Source: an uncultured Planctomycetota bacterium (GTDB lineage Bacteria; Planctomycetota; Planctomycetia; Isosphaerales; Isosphaeraceae). Taken from it: a DNA stretch of 64,000 bases. Positions 8,836 to 22,581 of this stretch are shown piece by piece. The notes beneath the pieces were generated by a model that was not told the origin of the DNA, searched no databases, and saw only the letters and a program-made list of their open reading frames with translations. Location of the stretch: positions 5,248,001 through 5,312,000 of the forward strand of contig CAVTTN010000002.1 of NCBI GenBank assembly GCA_963737655.1, in the 5' to 3' direction. The position numbers and the translations under genes are program-made. Within the stretch, counting starts at the first letter, position 1. Every line of letters begins with the position of its first letter.

Positions 8836-10191
8836 ATGTTCAATTCCTTGATGGATGACCCGGCGAGGGCGTGGTCGCCTTACGAGCCGGGGCCCGATTC
8901 GCCGTGGGACGCCCCGAGGGTCGCCCATCTCCACCGGCGGGCGGGGTTCTCGGCGCCGTGGCGGGTGGTGGTCCGGGACGTGACCGAGGGGCCGTCGGCG
9001 ACCCTGGCGAGGCTCCTGGATGGGGAATCGGCGACGGCCGACGGCACCCCCGCCGACGAGTTCGAGGCCCAGAGCGACCGGATGGCCGAGAGGATGAGCG
9101 TCTCGGCGGCCCTGACCCGGCTCCAGGGCCTCTGGCTCTACCGGATGATCTTCTCGCCGCATCCGCTCCGCGAGCGGATGACCCTGTTCTGGCACAACCA
9201 CTTCGCCACCAGCCAGGCGAAGGTGAACAACTCGGCGATGATGCAGAGGCAGAACGGCCTGCTGCGCCGCCATGCCCTGGGGGATTTCGGCGCCCTGCTG
9301 AAGGAGATGGCGAGAGACCCGGCGATGCTCGTCTGGCTCGACTCCTCGGCCAACCGCAAGGCCCATCCCAACGAGAACTTCGCCCGGGAGATCATGGAAC
9401 TCTTCAGCCTCGGGCGGGGCAAGTACTCGGAAAAAGACATCCAGGAGGCGGCCCGCGCGTTCACCGGGTCGTTCGTCCAGAACGACCGCTATCAGAACGT
9501 CCCGAGCCAGCACGACGACGGCGAGAAGACCCTCCTGGGCCGCACCGGGCGGTTCTCGGGCGACGACGTGGCGGCGATCCTCCTGGAACAGCCCTCGTGC
9601 GCCGAGTTCGTGGCCGGGAAGCTGTTCCGCATGTTCGTCAGCGACGTGGACGCCCCCTCTCCGGCGCTGATCGCCCCGGTGGCCGAGGCGTTCCGCAAGG
9701 CGAATTATGACGTGAAGGCGCCGATTTCCCTGATCCTCAAGTCGAAATTGTTCCACGACCCGGCCATGAAGAGGAAAAGGGTGAAGTCGCCGGTGGAGTT
9801 CGCCGTGGGGACGGTCCGCAGCCTCGAGATCCTCGAGCCGACCGTCTCGGCCGACTCCCTGGCCGACGCCTGCTCGCGGATGGGCCAATCGCTCTACGCC
9901 CCCCCGAGCGTGGCCGGCTGGGACGGCGGCCCGGCGTGGATCAACACCACGACCTCGCTCGCCCGGTCGAATTTCGTCCTCGCCCTGCTGGGCAAGGAGG
10001 ACAAGGGGCTCGGCGGCCGGTTCGTTCCCGAGCAACTCATGAAAAAGTACGGGGCCGACGATCCGGGCCGGTTCTTCGCGGACTTGCTGGTCCAGGATGC
10101 GTTCGATGGGTGGGTTCGTGCCAAATTGACGGGCACGGCCCGGGAGGTGGCGACCCTGGTGCTCACGGCCCCGGAATATCAACTGGGTTAG
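8836..10191 (+). CDS. DUF1800-family protein
   Basis: HLHRRAGF, LRERMTLFWHNHFATS, PNENFAREIMELFSLG, PPSVAGW. Confidence 0.92.
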   Translation: MFNSLMDDPARAWSPYEPGPDSPWDAPRVAHLHRRAGFSAPWRVVVRDVTEGPSATLARLLDGESATADGTPADEFEAQSDRMAERMSVSAALTRLQGLWLYRMIFSPHPLRERMTLFWHNHFATSQAKVNNSAMMQRQNGLLRRHALGDFGALLKEMARDPAMLVWLDSSANRKAHPNENFAREIMELFSLGRGKYSEKDIQEAARAFTGSFVQNDRYQNVPSQHDDGEKTLLGRTGRFSGDDVAAILLEQPSCAEFVAGKLFRMFVSDVDAPSPALIAPVAEAFRKANYDVKAPISLILKSKLFHDPAMKRKRVKSPVEFAVGTVRSLEILEPTVSADSLADACSRMGQSLYAPPSVAGWDGGPAWINTTTSLARSNFVLALLGKEDKGLGGRFVPEQLMKKYGADDPGRFFADLLVQDAFDGWVRAKLTGTAREVATLVLTAPEYQLG

Positions 10192-10226
10192 GGCGGATCA
10201 CGGCCGGGTTGCCCTCGACGGGTTTT

Positions 10227-10285
10227 GGAGGGCAGGCCCTGGCCTGCCGTCTCCGCGAATCCCGGCAGGCCGAGGCCTGCCCTAC
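10227..10285. repeat. REP doublet, family C (G(T/G)AG-GGCAGGCC-nn-GGCCTGCC)
   Basis: GGAGGGCAGGCCCTGGCCTGCC at 10227-10248 and inverted copy ending CTAC at 10264-10285. Confidence 0.7.
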
Positions 10286-10327
10286 GACAAGCCATGCTCG
10301 ATCACGACCTCCACGGAGCCAATCGCC

Positions 10328-11557
10328 ATGATGACCCGCCGAGATTTGCTCAAGGCGTCCCTGATCGCGATGGGGGCGCCGACGATCCCCGGGTTCCTCG
10401 CCTCGACGGCCCGGGCCGACTCGAAGGCCAATGACCGCGTCCTGGTGGTCGTCCAGCTCCTGGGCGGCAACGACGGTTTGAACACCGTGGTCCCCCACGG
10501 GTTCGACGGCTACTCCCGGGGCCGAAAGGCCCTCCGGCTGCCGACCGGCCAGCTTCACAAGATCACCCCGGAGATCGGCCTGCATCCGGGGATGGGCAAG
10601 ATGGCGAAGCTCCTAGAAGACGGCAAGCTGGCGATCTTGCAGGGGATCGGCTACCCCAACCCCGATCGCTCGCACTTCCGGTCGATGGAGATCTGGGAGA
10701 CCGCCCGGACGGAAACCGGGGCGCTCGAAACCGGGTGGCTCGGCCGGGCCCTGGACGCCTCCCCGGCCCCTCCGGGCGGCGACATCGCCGCTCTCCACGT
10801 CGGTTCGAGGCGCCTCCCCCTGGCGATGAAGGCGAAGGACAGCGACGTGCCGAGCCTGGAGACCCTGGAGCAGTACCGGCTGAAGGTCTCGGGCGACGAC
10901 GCCGAGAAGCGGAAGGCCCGGGAGGCGATCGACGGCGTGGCCCGGGTCGATCGCGGCGACGATCCCCTGCTCGGGTTCCTCCGCCGGAGCACCCTGGCGG
11001 CGTACGACTCCAGCAAGAGGCTCGAAGCCCTGGCGGCGAAGCCCTCGGGCGACTCGAAATATCCCAACTACGGGCTGGCGAAGCGGTTGGAGCTGATCGC
11101 CGGGATCGTCAAGGCGGGGTTCGGGACGCGGATCTATTACACGTCCCTGGATGGGTTCGACACCCACGCCAACCAGGCCAACGCCCACGCGGCCCTGCTG
11201 ACCGAGCTTTCCGACTCGGTCGAGGCGTTCCACAAGGACCTGGCCGGAGCCGGCCAGGGGGACCGCGTGGCGGTCCTGGCGTTCAGCGAGTTCGGCCGGA
11301 GGGTGGCGGAGAACGCCTCGGCCGGCACCGACCACGGCGCGGCGGCCCCGGTGTTCCTGGTCGGGCCGGTGGCGAAGGCCGGCCTGATCGGCGATCATCC
11401 GAAATTCGACGACCTGGACGACGGCGACCTGAAGCACCACACGGACTTCCGCCGGGTCTACGCCGGGTTGCTCGAAGGCTGGCTGGGGATGCCCAGCGAG
11501 CCGATCCTGGGGCCCGGGTTCCCCGCCTTGCCCCTCTTCACGACGAAGCTGGGCTAG
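10328..11557 (+). CDS. DUF1501-family protein with Tat signal
   Basis: TRRDLLK; GGNDGLN, SHFRS, GFDTH, SEFGR, GTDHG. Confidence 0.92.
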   Translation: MMTRRDLLKASLIAMGAPTIPGFLASTARADSKANDRVLVVVQLLGGNDGLNTVVPHGFDGYSRGRKALRLPTGQLHKITPEIGLHPGMGKMAKLLEDGKLAILQGIGYPNPDRSHFRSMEIWETARTETGALETGWLGRALDASPAPPGGDIAALHVGSRRLPLAMKAKDSDVPSLETLEQYRLKVSGDDAEKRKAREAIDGVARVDRGDDPLLGFLRRSTLAAYDSSKRLEALAAKPSGDSKYPNYGLAKRLELIAGIVKAGFGTRIYYTSLDGFDTHANQANAHAALLTELSDSVEAFHKDLAGAGQGDRVAVLAFSEFGRRVAENASAGTDHGAAAPVFLVGPVAKAGLIGDHPKFDDLDDGDLKHHTDFRRVYAGLLEGWLGMPSEPILGPGFPALPLFTTKLG

Positions 11558-11835
11558 GGCCCGCCAGGAATCCGCCGAGGGCGCGAGGAAACCGCCGTCC
11601 CGGGCCTCGGGGCGGCGGTTCCTGGTTTGTGGAGGGGCCGGAAGTCGGTTTCCCCCGCGAGTTTGCACGATTGGCCCTGGGTTTGCGGATTTGTTGAAGG
11701 GTCGATTCGGGTCGTCCGGCCTGGGGCGACCAAAATCGGCGCGTCCGGCGACCTTTCTTCGCGAAACGCTCGTAGGATTCGGGTAACCTTGACTTCACGA
11801 GACGCCGCAACGACCCGCTCCGCGGAGAGTCCGCA

Positions 11836-14322
<2,487 letters not shown>

Positions 14323-14353
14323 GCCCCCGATCGCCTCGAACCGATCGCAAGAA

Positions 14354-14391
14354 ACCGCCCACGCCCCGGCCTAACCCGGGGCGTGGGCGGT
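14354..14391. terminator. GC-rich hairpin, probable terminator
   Basis: ACCGCCCACGCCCCGG / CCGGGGCGTGGGCGGT, 16-bp stem after the stop; no clear U-tract on + strand. Confidence 0.6.
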
Positions 14392-14530
14392 ACTTCGTCG
14401 AGTCCCCGCTCGCCTCCCGCGAACCCGGCGGAGGAGGGCCGCCGAGGGTTGTCCCCGGGCCTCGCCGTCGCTAGGGTGGTGGGGAAGTCGCCCCCTGAGC
14501 GGGGTAGGCCGGGCCCGAAAGACGACGACC

Positions 14531-14935
14531 ATGCACGTGGAATTCGTGATCGTGGGTGTCCCCGTCTCGAACCAGTCCGCGGGCAGTCCCGCCCTTCACG
14601 CGTGGCGGGCGGCCGTGGAAGCCGAGGCGAGGAAGACCTGGGCCGGTCCTCCGCTCATGGGTAAACTGAAGGCGGTTATCATCAACTTTCATACGGGGGA
14701 GAAGCCGTCACTTGACCTGGACAACATGTCCAAGCCGATCCTGGACGTCTTGCAAGACCTGGTCTACGACGATGATCGACAGGTCCGCCAGGCCGAACTC
14801 ACCCACGTACGGATCGATGCCCCATTCGTGTTTGTCGGGGCCTCCAAGCTCATCGTGGCCGCCGTGCAATCCGGCGGTGAGTTTGTCTATGTGAGGATCG
14901 AGGACCCGCTCGACCCGTTCCCATTACCCTCGTGA
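14531..14935 (+). CDS. RusA-family endodeoxyribonuclease
   Basis: G-x-P-VS; DLDNMSKPILD...YDDDRQV catalytic motif. Confidence 0.85.
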   Translation: MHVEFVIVGVPVSNQSAGSPALHAWRAAVEAEARKTWAGPPLMGKLKAVIINFHTGEKPSLDLDNMSKPILDVLQDLVYDDDRQVRQAELTHVRIDAPFVFVGASKLIVAAVQSGGEFVYVRIEDPLDPFPLPS

Positions 14936-15627
14936 TCTTCGTCATGGAATTCGAACAGGAACTGAATCGTCTGGCCGAGACCTATCGTGGCCGCGGCTAC
15001 GACGTGGGCGTGAGGCCCGGACCGGACCAACTCCCCGCGTTCGCCCGGGATTTCCGGGTCGAGATCGTCGGTCGTCGAGGGGCCGAGGGGGTCCTCGTCG
15101 CGGTCCGGAAGGACCGCGACGAGGTGGCGGCCGACGCCGACATGCAGCGATATGCCGAGACGACCGGGGCCCAACCGGGGTGGCGATTCGATTTCGCCAT
15201 CCTCGAATCCGAGCCTCCGAACCTTCGAGAAGGGCGAGGCGCGAAGGAGTTCTCCGAGGACGACATGACCCAGGCGCTGGAGCAAGCCCGGGAGCTCGCC
15301 CGCCTGGGCTTCACTCGGTTCGCGGTCGTCGCGGCCTGGGCCACCCTGGAGGCCGCCATGAGGATGCGGCTTCGGGCCTTCGGCCGGGACGCCGGTTGGG
15401 GGAGCCCGCCCCGACAGATGGCCAAGGAGCTGTTCTCGTCCGGGGCGCTGGCCCCGGACGAGTTCCGTCGAATCGACGACGTGTCCCGGCTTCGGAACCA
15501 GGTCGTCCACGGCTTCGCGCCGCCGCCCTCGGTGCCCGGGGAACCCGAGGCGGAGGTGGTCGAGTTCCTGAGCCAGGTCGCTCGCCGCCTCGTCCGCGAA
15601 TCCTCGCCCGCGGCCCAGTCGGCCTGA
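14932..15627 (+). CDS. REase/AHJR-like N-terminal domain plus HEPN-like C-terminal domain
   Basis: YRGRGYDV..P...LPAF N-terminus; AWATLEAAMR and RNQVVH (RxxxxH, 15493-15510); GTGA overlap with RusA gene. Confidence 0.7.
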   Translation: MIFVMEFEQELNRLAETYRGRGYDVGVRPGPDQLPAFARDFRVEIVGRRGAEGVLVAVRKDRDEVAADADMQRYAETTGAQPGWRFDFAILESEPPNLREGRGAKEFSEDDMTQALEQARELARLGFTRFAVVAAWATLEAAMRMRLRAFGRDAGWGSPPRQMAKELFSSGALAPDEFRRIDDVSRLRNQVVHGFAPPPSVPGEPEAEVVEFLSQVARRLVRESSPAAQSA

Positions 15628-15695
15628 GTGAGTCCGCGATCCGCCCGCTCGATCCCGGGCGCCCCGACGCGAGGGAACGAGGCTGACGGCTCGCC

Positions 15696-17279
15696 TCAGT
15701 GACGGAAATGCCTCCGGCCCGTGAGGACCATCGCCAGGCCGTTCTCGTCGCACGAGGCGAACGTCTCGGCGTCGCGCCGCGAGCCTCCGGGCTGGACGAT
15801 CGCCGTGACGCCCGCCTTCGCCGCGAGGTCCGGGCCGTCCCGGAACGGGAAGAAGGCGTCGGAGGCGAGCACCGCGCCCCTGGCCCGGTCTCCGGCCTTC
15901 TCGATCGCGATCTTGACCGAGTCCAGCCGGCTCATCTGGCCGGCGCCCACGCCCACGATCTGAGTCCCCTTCGCCAGGACGATCGCGTTGGACTTCACCG
16001 CCGAACAGACCTTCCACGCGAACGCCAAAGCCAGCCGCTCCTCGGCCGTCGGCGGCCGTTTCGTCGGGACGTCCCCGCCTGCCGAGACGTCGTCCTCCAC
16101 GCCGTCCCAGTCCTGGACGAGCAGGCCGCCCTCCACCCGTCTCAGGTCCAGCCCGGCCCGGTCGCTCGCCGAGGACGGCCCGATCGGCGCCTCGGTGGCG
16201 AGCAATCGCACGCTGTTCTTCCACGTCGGCTTGGTGGTCAGGAGCTCCATCGCCTCGGCCGAGAACCCGGGGGCGATGATGCATTCGAGGAACCGGCCCG
16301 GGACGACCATCCGCTCGGCCGTCGCTCGATCGACCTCGCGATTCACGCCCACGATCCCGCCGAAGGCGCTCACGGGGTCCCCTTCATACGCCAGCTCGAA
16401 CGCCTCGGACGGCGACCCGGCCACCGCCGCCCCGCACGGGTTGTTGTGCTTCAGGACCACGCTGGCCGGCTCCGCGAACAGCTTCAGGAGCCGGAGGGCC
16501 GAGTCCAGGTCGAGCAGGTTGTTGTACGAGAGCTCCTTGCCGTGGAGGATCTTGGCGTTCGCCAGGACGGCCCCCCTCGGCGACGGCTCGGCATAGAACG
16601 CCGCGTTTTGATGGGGGTTTTCCCCGTATCGGAGGACCTGCTGGCGCTCGAACTGGAGCGTCAGCTTCGTCGGGAATTCGTCGCGCTCCACCTGGCGGCC
16701 GAGATACTCGGCGATGGCGGCCTCGTAGCGGGCGGTCCGGCGGAAGACCTCCAGGGCCAGGCTTCTCCTCAGCTCCAGGGTCGTCCCGCTCAGGCGGGCG
16801 AGCTCGTCCAGGAGGGGGCCGTACTGGTCGGGCGAGGTGACCACGGCCACATGCTCATGATTCTTGGCGGCCCCTCGGAGGAGGCTCGGCCCGCCGATGT
16901 CGATGTTCTCGATCGCCTCCTCGAAGGTCGTCGCCGGGCGGGCGATGGTGGCCTCGAACGGGTAGAGGTTCACCACGACGAGGTCGATCGGCTCGATCCC
17001 CTGGGAGGCGAGGGCGGCCATGTCCTCGGGGACATCCCGGCGGGCGAGGATGCCGCCGTGGAGCTTCGGGTGGAGCGTCTTGACCCGGCCGCCGAGGATC
17101 TCGGGCTGGCCGGTGTACTCGGCCACCTCATCGACCTCGATCCCGGCCGCCTCCAGGGCCATCCGGGTCCCGCCGCTGGCCAGGAGATGCACGCCATGAC
17201 CGGCCAGCTCGCGGGCCAGCTCGATCAATCCAGTCTTGTCCGAGACGCTCAGCAAGGCCCGACGGATGGGTAAAATCAT
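15696..17279 (-). CDS. purH: bifunctional AICAR transformylase/IMP cyclohydrolase
   Basis: RRALLSVSDK, GRVKTLHP, IDIGGP, YGENPHQ, KHNNPCG, ASDAFFPF, RHFRH. Confidence 0.98.
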   Translation of the reverse strand: MILPIRRALLSVSDKTGLIELARELAGHGVHLLASGGTRMALEAAGIEVDEVAEYTGQPEILGGRVKTLHPKLHGGILARRDVPEDMAALASQGIEPIDLVVVNLYPFEATIARPATTFEEAIENIDIGGPSLLRGAAKNHEHVAVVTSPDQYGPLLDELARLSGTTLELRRSLALEVFRRTARYEAAIAEYLGRQVERDEFPTKLTLQFERQQVLRYGENPHQNAAFYAEPSPRGAVLANAKILHGKELSYNNLLDLDSALRLLKLFAEPASVVLKHNNPCGAAVAGSPSEAFELAYEGDPVSAFGGIVGVNREVDRATAERMVVPGRFLECIIAPGFSAEAMELLTTKPTWKNSVRLLATEAPIGPSSASDRAGLDLRRVEGGLLVQDWDGVEDDVSAGGDVPTKRPPTAEERLALAFAWKVCSAVKSNAIVLAKGTQIVGVGAGQMSRLDSVKIAIEKAGDRARGAVLASDAFFPFRDGPDLAAKAGVTAIVQPGGSRRDAETFASCDENGLAMVLTGRRHFRH

Positions 17280-17364
17280 GTCCGCTGGATCAAATGCACC
17301 CACCGATCTCCGACCGGCGACGCGCGAGAAGGAATCGGAAAGCCGGCTCCGCCGGCCCGGGCCT

Positions 17365-17385
17365 GGTGCATTTCATGCACCCTAC
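17365..17385 (-). repeat. REP family A
   Basis: GGTGCATTTCATGCACCCTAC between coaD and purH. Confidence 0.9.
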
Positions 17386-17412
17386 AAGATGCGCCTCGTC
17401 CCGACAAGCCGC

Positions 17413-17910
17413 TCAGATCGCTCGCACCACCCGGATCTTGGCCAGGATCGGCTCGATCACCCCCTCCGGCACGAACTTGCTGAGCGACCCCTCGCCGCCG
17501 AGCGAGGCGATTTGCTTGATCAGCGTGCTGGAGATGTGCGAGTGCTCGCCGTCGGCCATCAGGAAGACCGTCTCGATCGTCGGGTCGAGCCTCTGGTTCG
17601 TCAGCGTCATGCTGAACTCGTATTCCATGTCGGAGAGCGTGCGGACCCCTCGCAAGATGATCCTCGCGCCGATCCGGCGGACGAAATTCACGGCGAGGTC
17701 GGCGAACGGCTCGACCGAGACGTTCGCATACGGGGCGACGACCTTCCTCGCCAGATCGACACGTTCATCAATATCGAACAGCATCGCCTTGTTCGGGTTC
17801 ACGCCGATGCCGACGACCAGATGGTCGAACAGGCGGGCGCCGCGCTCGATCACGTCGAGGTGGCCGAGCGTCAGGGGGTCGAACGTGCCGGTGAAGACGG
17901 CCGTCTTCAT
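17413..17910 (-). CDS. coaD: pantetheine-phosphate adenylyltransferase
   Basis: GTFDPLTLGHLD, RGVR..SD.EYE, ISSTLIK. Confidence 0.97.
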   Translation of the reverse strand: MKTAVFTGTFDPLTLGHLDVIERGARLFDHLVVGIGVNPNKAMLFDIDERVDLARKVVAPYANVSVEPFADLAVNFVRRIGARIILRGVRTLSDMEYEFSMTLTNQRLDPTIETVFLMADGEHSHISSTLIKQIASLGGEGSLSKFVPEGVIEPILAKIRVVRAI

Positions 17911-19037
17911 GATTCGCCCAGGGCCTCCCGGAGCCGCCCGAGGTCGTCGTCATCGTTGTAAATATGGGCGCTGATCCGCACCTTGCCGCGACGGCACGCC
18001 AAAGCCACGCCCCGATCGCGGGCCCGGCGGACGAACCCATCGGGATCGACGCCCTTTTTCTCCAGGGGGACGATCCCCGACAAATCCTCCGGCCGATCCG
18101 ACCCGCAGACCGTCCAGCCGGCCGACCGGGCCGCCTCCCGGACGAGCGCGGCGCGGTCGAGGATCCGTTCCGAGACGGCCTCCTTGCCGATTTCGAGCAA
18201 CAATCCCAGGCTCGCCCCCAATGCCTGCAACCCCGGCATGTTCAGGGTGCCGCCCTCCCACCTCTGGGCGTTGGGCTTGAGCGTGAAGTCGATCCCCGGC
18301 GCGTTGTACGACCCGGTCACGCTGTGCCAGCCCACCCCCAGCGGCCTCAGCCGCTCGATCCACTCGCGGCGGACGTACAGCAGGCCCGCCCCCTCGGGCC
18401 CGAGCAGCCACTTGTGGCCGTCGGCGGCGAGGAAGTCGATCGGGGTTCTTGAAACGTCGATGGTGAGCGGCCCGAGGCCCTGGATCGCATCGACGAAGAA
18501 CGCGATCCCGCGGCTCCGGCAAAGCTCGCCCAGGACGTCCAGGTCATTGCGGAACCCGGAGGCGAACTCGACATGGCTGATCGTGAGCACTCGCGTCTTC
18601 GAGTCGATCGCCGAGGCGAGGTCCTCGACCCAGACCCGGCCGTCGCGGCTGGGGACCGTCCTCAGCTCGACCCCGCGATCCTTCAGGTTCATCCAGGGGT
18701 AAATGTTCGAGGGATATTCCTCGGCGGCGGTCACGACGTTGTCGCCGTCGGCCCAGGGGAAGCCTTCGGCGACGAGGCCGATCCCCTGCGTGGTGCTGTT
18801 GACGAAGGCGATCTCCTCCGCGAGGGCGCCGATCAATCGGGCCATGTCGCGGCGGAGCGTGTCGAGCTTGCGCTCCCACATCGGCCAGTGGACGACGCCA
18901 TGATGTTCCTGCTCGTCGGCCCAGGCGCGGACGGCGTCCCCCGAGCGTCGGGGCAGCGGGGAGACGGCGGCGTGGTCGAAGTACGCCCAGCGCTCGGTCA
19001 CGGGGAATTCCTGGAGGCGGAGGGCGTCCCAGTCCAT
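17907..19037 (-). CDS. class V PLP-dependent aminotransferase / cysteine desulfurase-like
   Basis: YFDHAA, DAIQ, GHKWLLGPEG; ATGA overlap with coaD. Confidence 0.9.
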   Translation of the reverse strand: MDWDALRLQEFPVTERWAYFDHAAVSPLPRRSGDAVRAWADEQEHHGVVHWPMWERKLDTLRRDMARLIGALAEEIAFVNSTTQGIGLVAEGFPWADGDNVVTAAEEYPSNIYPWMNLKDRGVELRTVPSRDGRVWVEDLASAIDSKTRVLTISHVEFASGFRNDLDVLGELCRSRGIAFFVDAIQGLGPLTIDVSRTPIDFLAADGHKWLLGPEGAGLLYVRREWIERLRPLGVGWHSVTGSYNAPGIDFTLKPNAQRWEGGTLNMPGLQALGASLGLLLEIGKEAVSERILDRAALVREAARSAGWTVCGSDRPEDLSGIVPLEKKGVDPDGFVRRARDRGVALACRRGKVRISAHIYNDDDDLGRLREALGES

Positions 19038-19144
19038 CGCGGGCCTTTCGTCCTTCGGGGTCGATCGATGAGCCTTCCAGGGTAGCGGCGAGGGCGTCGG
19101 TCCGCCATCCCGGCAGGAATCGGCGGGCGATTTCGGATTGGTGA

Positions 19145-19172
19145 TTGACACGCCCGGGGATTGGTTTACGGT
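19145..19172 (+). promoter_or_regulatory. possible sigma70 promoter
   Basis: TTGACA-N16-TACGGT upstream of the 19224 ATG. Confidence 0.35.
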
Positions 19173-19223
19173 ATCAGGGGAAGGAACCGAGTGCCGCCGA
19201 ATGCGCCGAGGGGAGGCCGTCCC

Positions 19224-19767
19224 ATGCGTCTCGCCACCGTGGCCCTGATCGCCCTCTGGGTCGCCCTGCCCGACCCGGCGCCCGCCTCCGCCGACGACGG
19301 CCTCGCCTCGGTCGCCCGGGCCGAGCGGGCCCGGACGATCGAGAAGAGGAAAGAGAAGAAGGCCAAGGCCGCCCAGGCCCGCCGCTCGGCCGCCACCCGG
19401 ACCGGGCCCAGCAACCTCCCGCCGGCCAACGACCTCGGCGCCGTGATCCTGCGCCAATCAACAGGCCCGGGCGATGAGCTCCGGCTACAACCCGGCGATG
19501 GACCTGCTGAACTACCCGAGCCCGTCCCCCTCCGGCAACGCGGCCAGCCCGATGATGCCGGGCGTCTCGCCGTTCGGCTACGGCTCCGGGATCGTCTCGG
19601 GCTATTCGCTGACCCTCTCGCAGGCCGCCACGAACGGACAGTTCGTGGTCCCCAACGGAGGCGCGGTCCAGGGGTTCCAGGTGACCAACGGCACGCTCTC
19701 ACTCGTCCCCGGAGCGCCCGCCGCCGCCGCACCGGCCAGCCCGGTCACGATCAACCGGGGCAATTGA
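19224..19767 (+). CDS. secreted hypothetical protein (one apparent frameshift at ~19455)
   Basis: Signal peptide MRLATVALIALW...ASA joins the 19474-19767 ORF after a 1-nt shift. Confidence 0.55.
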
Positions 19768-19801
19768 GGCCCTCCCCCGACGCCGAGGCCGTCCGCCGAT
19801 C

Positions 19802-20017
19802 ATGACCAGACCCTCGCGACCGGTGATGGGGACGCTCCTGGCCCACGCCCTGGCGCTCTTCACCGCCACGATGCTGGGGGTCGCCTTCGGGGTGGCCCTC
19901 GGCGACGTGGCGATCGGCATCGCGCTGGGCGGGGGCTTCTACCCGGCCTTCCTGAGCCTGCCGACGACCAAACCCTCCAAGCCCGGGCCCGACCCGGAGG
20001 TGACCGGCGGCGGGTGA
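19802..20017 (+). CDS. small membrane protein
   Basis: Two hydrophobic Gly-rich helices. Confidence 0.5.
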   Translation: MTRPSRPVMGTLLAHALALFTATMLGVAFGVALGDVAIGIALGGGFYPAFLSLPTTKPSKPGPDPEVTGGG

Positions 20018-20044
20018 GACTCGTGACCGTCGGATTCGCCCGGC

Positions 20045-21182
<1,138 letters not shown>

Positions 21183-21190
<8 letters not shown>

Positions 21191-22424
21191 GAGGGGCCGC
21201 CTCCCGCCTCGGGCCGGAGGGCCTCCGCAACACGGCCGCCGCGAGGTGGCCGCCGAAGCCGATCGAGAGCTTCAGCGCGGCCCGGATCTCGCGGGCCTTG
21301 CCGACGTGCGGCGTGCCGTCGAGGTCGCACGCGGGGTCGGGGTCGTCGAGGTTCAGGGTGGGAGGGACGAAGCCGTCCCGGATGGCCAAACAGGTGATCG
21401 CCAGCTCGGCCGCCCCGGCGGCGCCGAGCAAATGGCCGATCTGCGGCTTGTTCGCCGAGCAGGAGATCGAATCCGCATGACCGCCGAACGCCGATCGGAT
21501 CGCCCGGCATTCCAGCGGGTCATTCTGGCGAGTCGCCGTCCCGTGGACGTTGACATGATCGATCTCGGAGGCGTCCACGTCGGCATTCGCCAGGGCCCGG
21601 CGGATCAGGTGGGCGAGGCCGGACGGATCGGGGTTCAAGTCGGTGAGATGATAGGCATCCGAGCCGAAGGCGCCGCCGGAGAACTCGGCATAGGGCAAGA
21701 CGCCGCGACCCCGGGCGTGCCCCTCGCGTTCGAGGACGAGGACGGCGGCCCCCTCGCCGGGGAGGAAGCCGGATCGGGCCCGGTCCCAGGGGCGGACGGC
21801 CCGGGCCGGGTCGCCCTCGACGCGGGCCAGGACCCTCATGTTGCGGAACGCGCCGAGGACCAGCGGATGGAGCGAGGCATCGGCGGCCCCCACGAGGGCG
21901 AGGTCGCAGGCGCCCAGGCGGATCAGGTCGGCGCCCTGGATCGCGGCGAGGACGCCCGAGGCGCACGCGGCGATCGGGGCGAGGCTCGGGCCCCGGAAAT
22001 CATGGACGTGCGAGATCCCGGCCGCCCAGGCGTCCGGCCAGGCCCCCCGCCAGCCCGAGGCGGCCGAAAGCGCCTCGGAACCCCCCTCGCGGAGCGACTT
22101 GTGGCCGAGAGCCAGGCGGACGAGGTCCCCCTTGCTCAGGGAGAGGACCGTGGCGACGCGGTCGCGGTCGATGTCGGATTCACGGCCGATCCCCGCGTCG
22201 GCGACGGCCTCCATCGCGGCCTTCCGCCCGTGCTCGCTCGGCCGATGGTCGCTGTGCCGGACCGGACACCCGACGAATTCGGAGGAGGCCGGGTCGAACT
22301 TCTCCCCGAGCCGCCGGAGGCCGCATTGCCCGCCCTTCAGCCCATCCCACGAGGGCTCTCGGCCTCCTCCCAGGCCCGTATAGAGGCCGATCCCGGTGAT
22401 CCAGACCCGCTCGGCGAGGCGCAT
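21183..22424 (-). CDS. FabF/FabB-like beta-ketoacyl-ACP synthase
   Basis: AACASG, VHGTAT and KPQIGHLLGAAG (Cys-His-His), GFGG; overlaps the bioF start. Confidence 0.9.
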
Positions 22425-22435
22425 CAGATCCACCT

Positions 22436-22581
22436 GTAGGGTGCATGAAATGCACCAGCCCGCGGCGGCCGTCCGGCCGCCTACCGCTCTCCGAACCTCG
22501 TCGCAGGGATGGAATGGACCCGGGGAGAAGGAGGGCGGGCGTGGCCCGCCGCGTCCGTCCGGTGCATTCCCTGCACCCTAC
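22436..22581. repeat. REPIN: inverted pair of family A REPs (second copy degenerate)
   Basis: GTAGGGTGCATGAAATGCACC at 22436 and GGTGCATTCCCTGCACCCTAC at 22561. Confidence 0.85.

Noticed and set aside
14531..14935. Prophage marked by RusA
   Set aside because: No integrase, structural or replication phage genes nearby.
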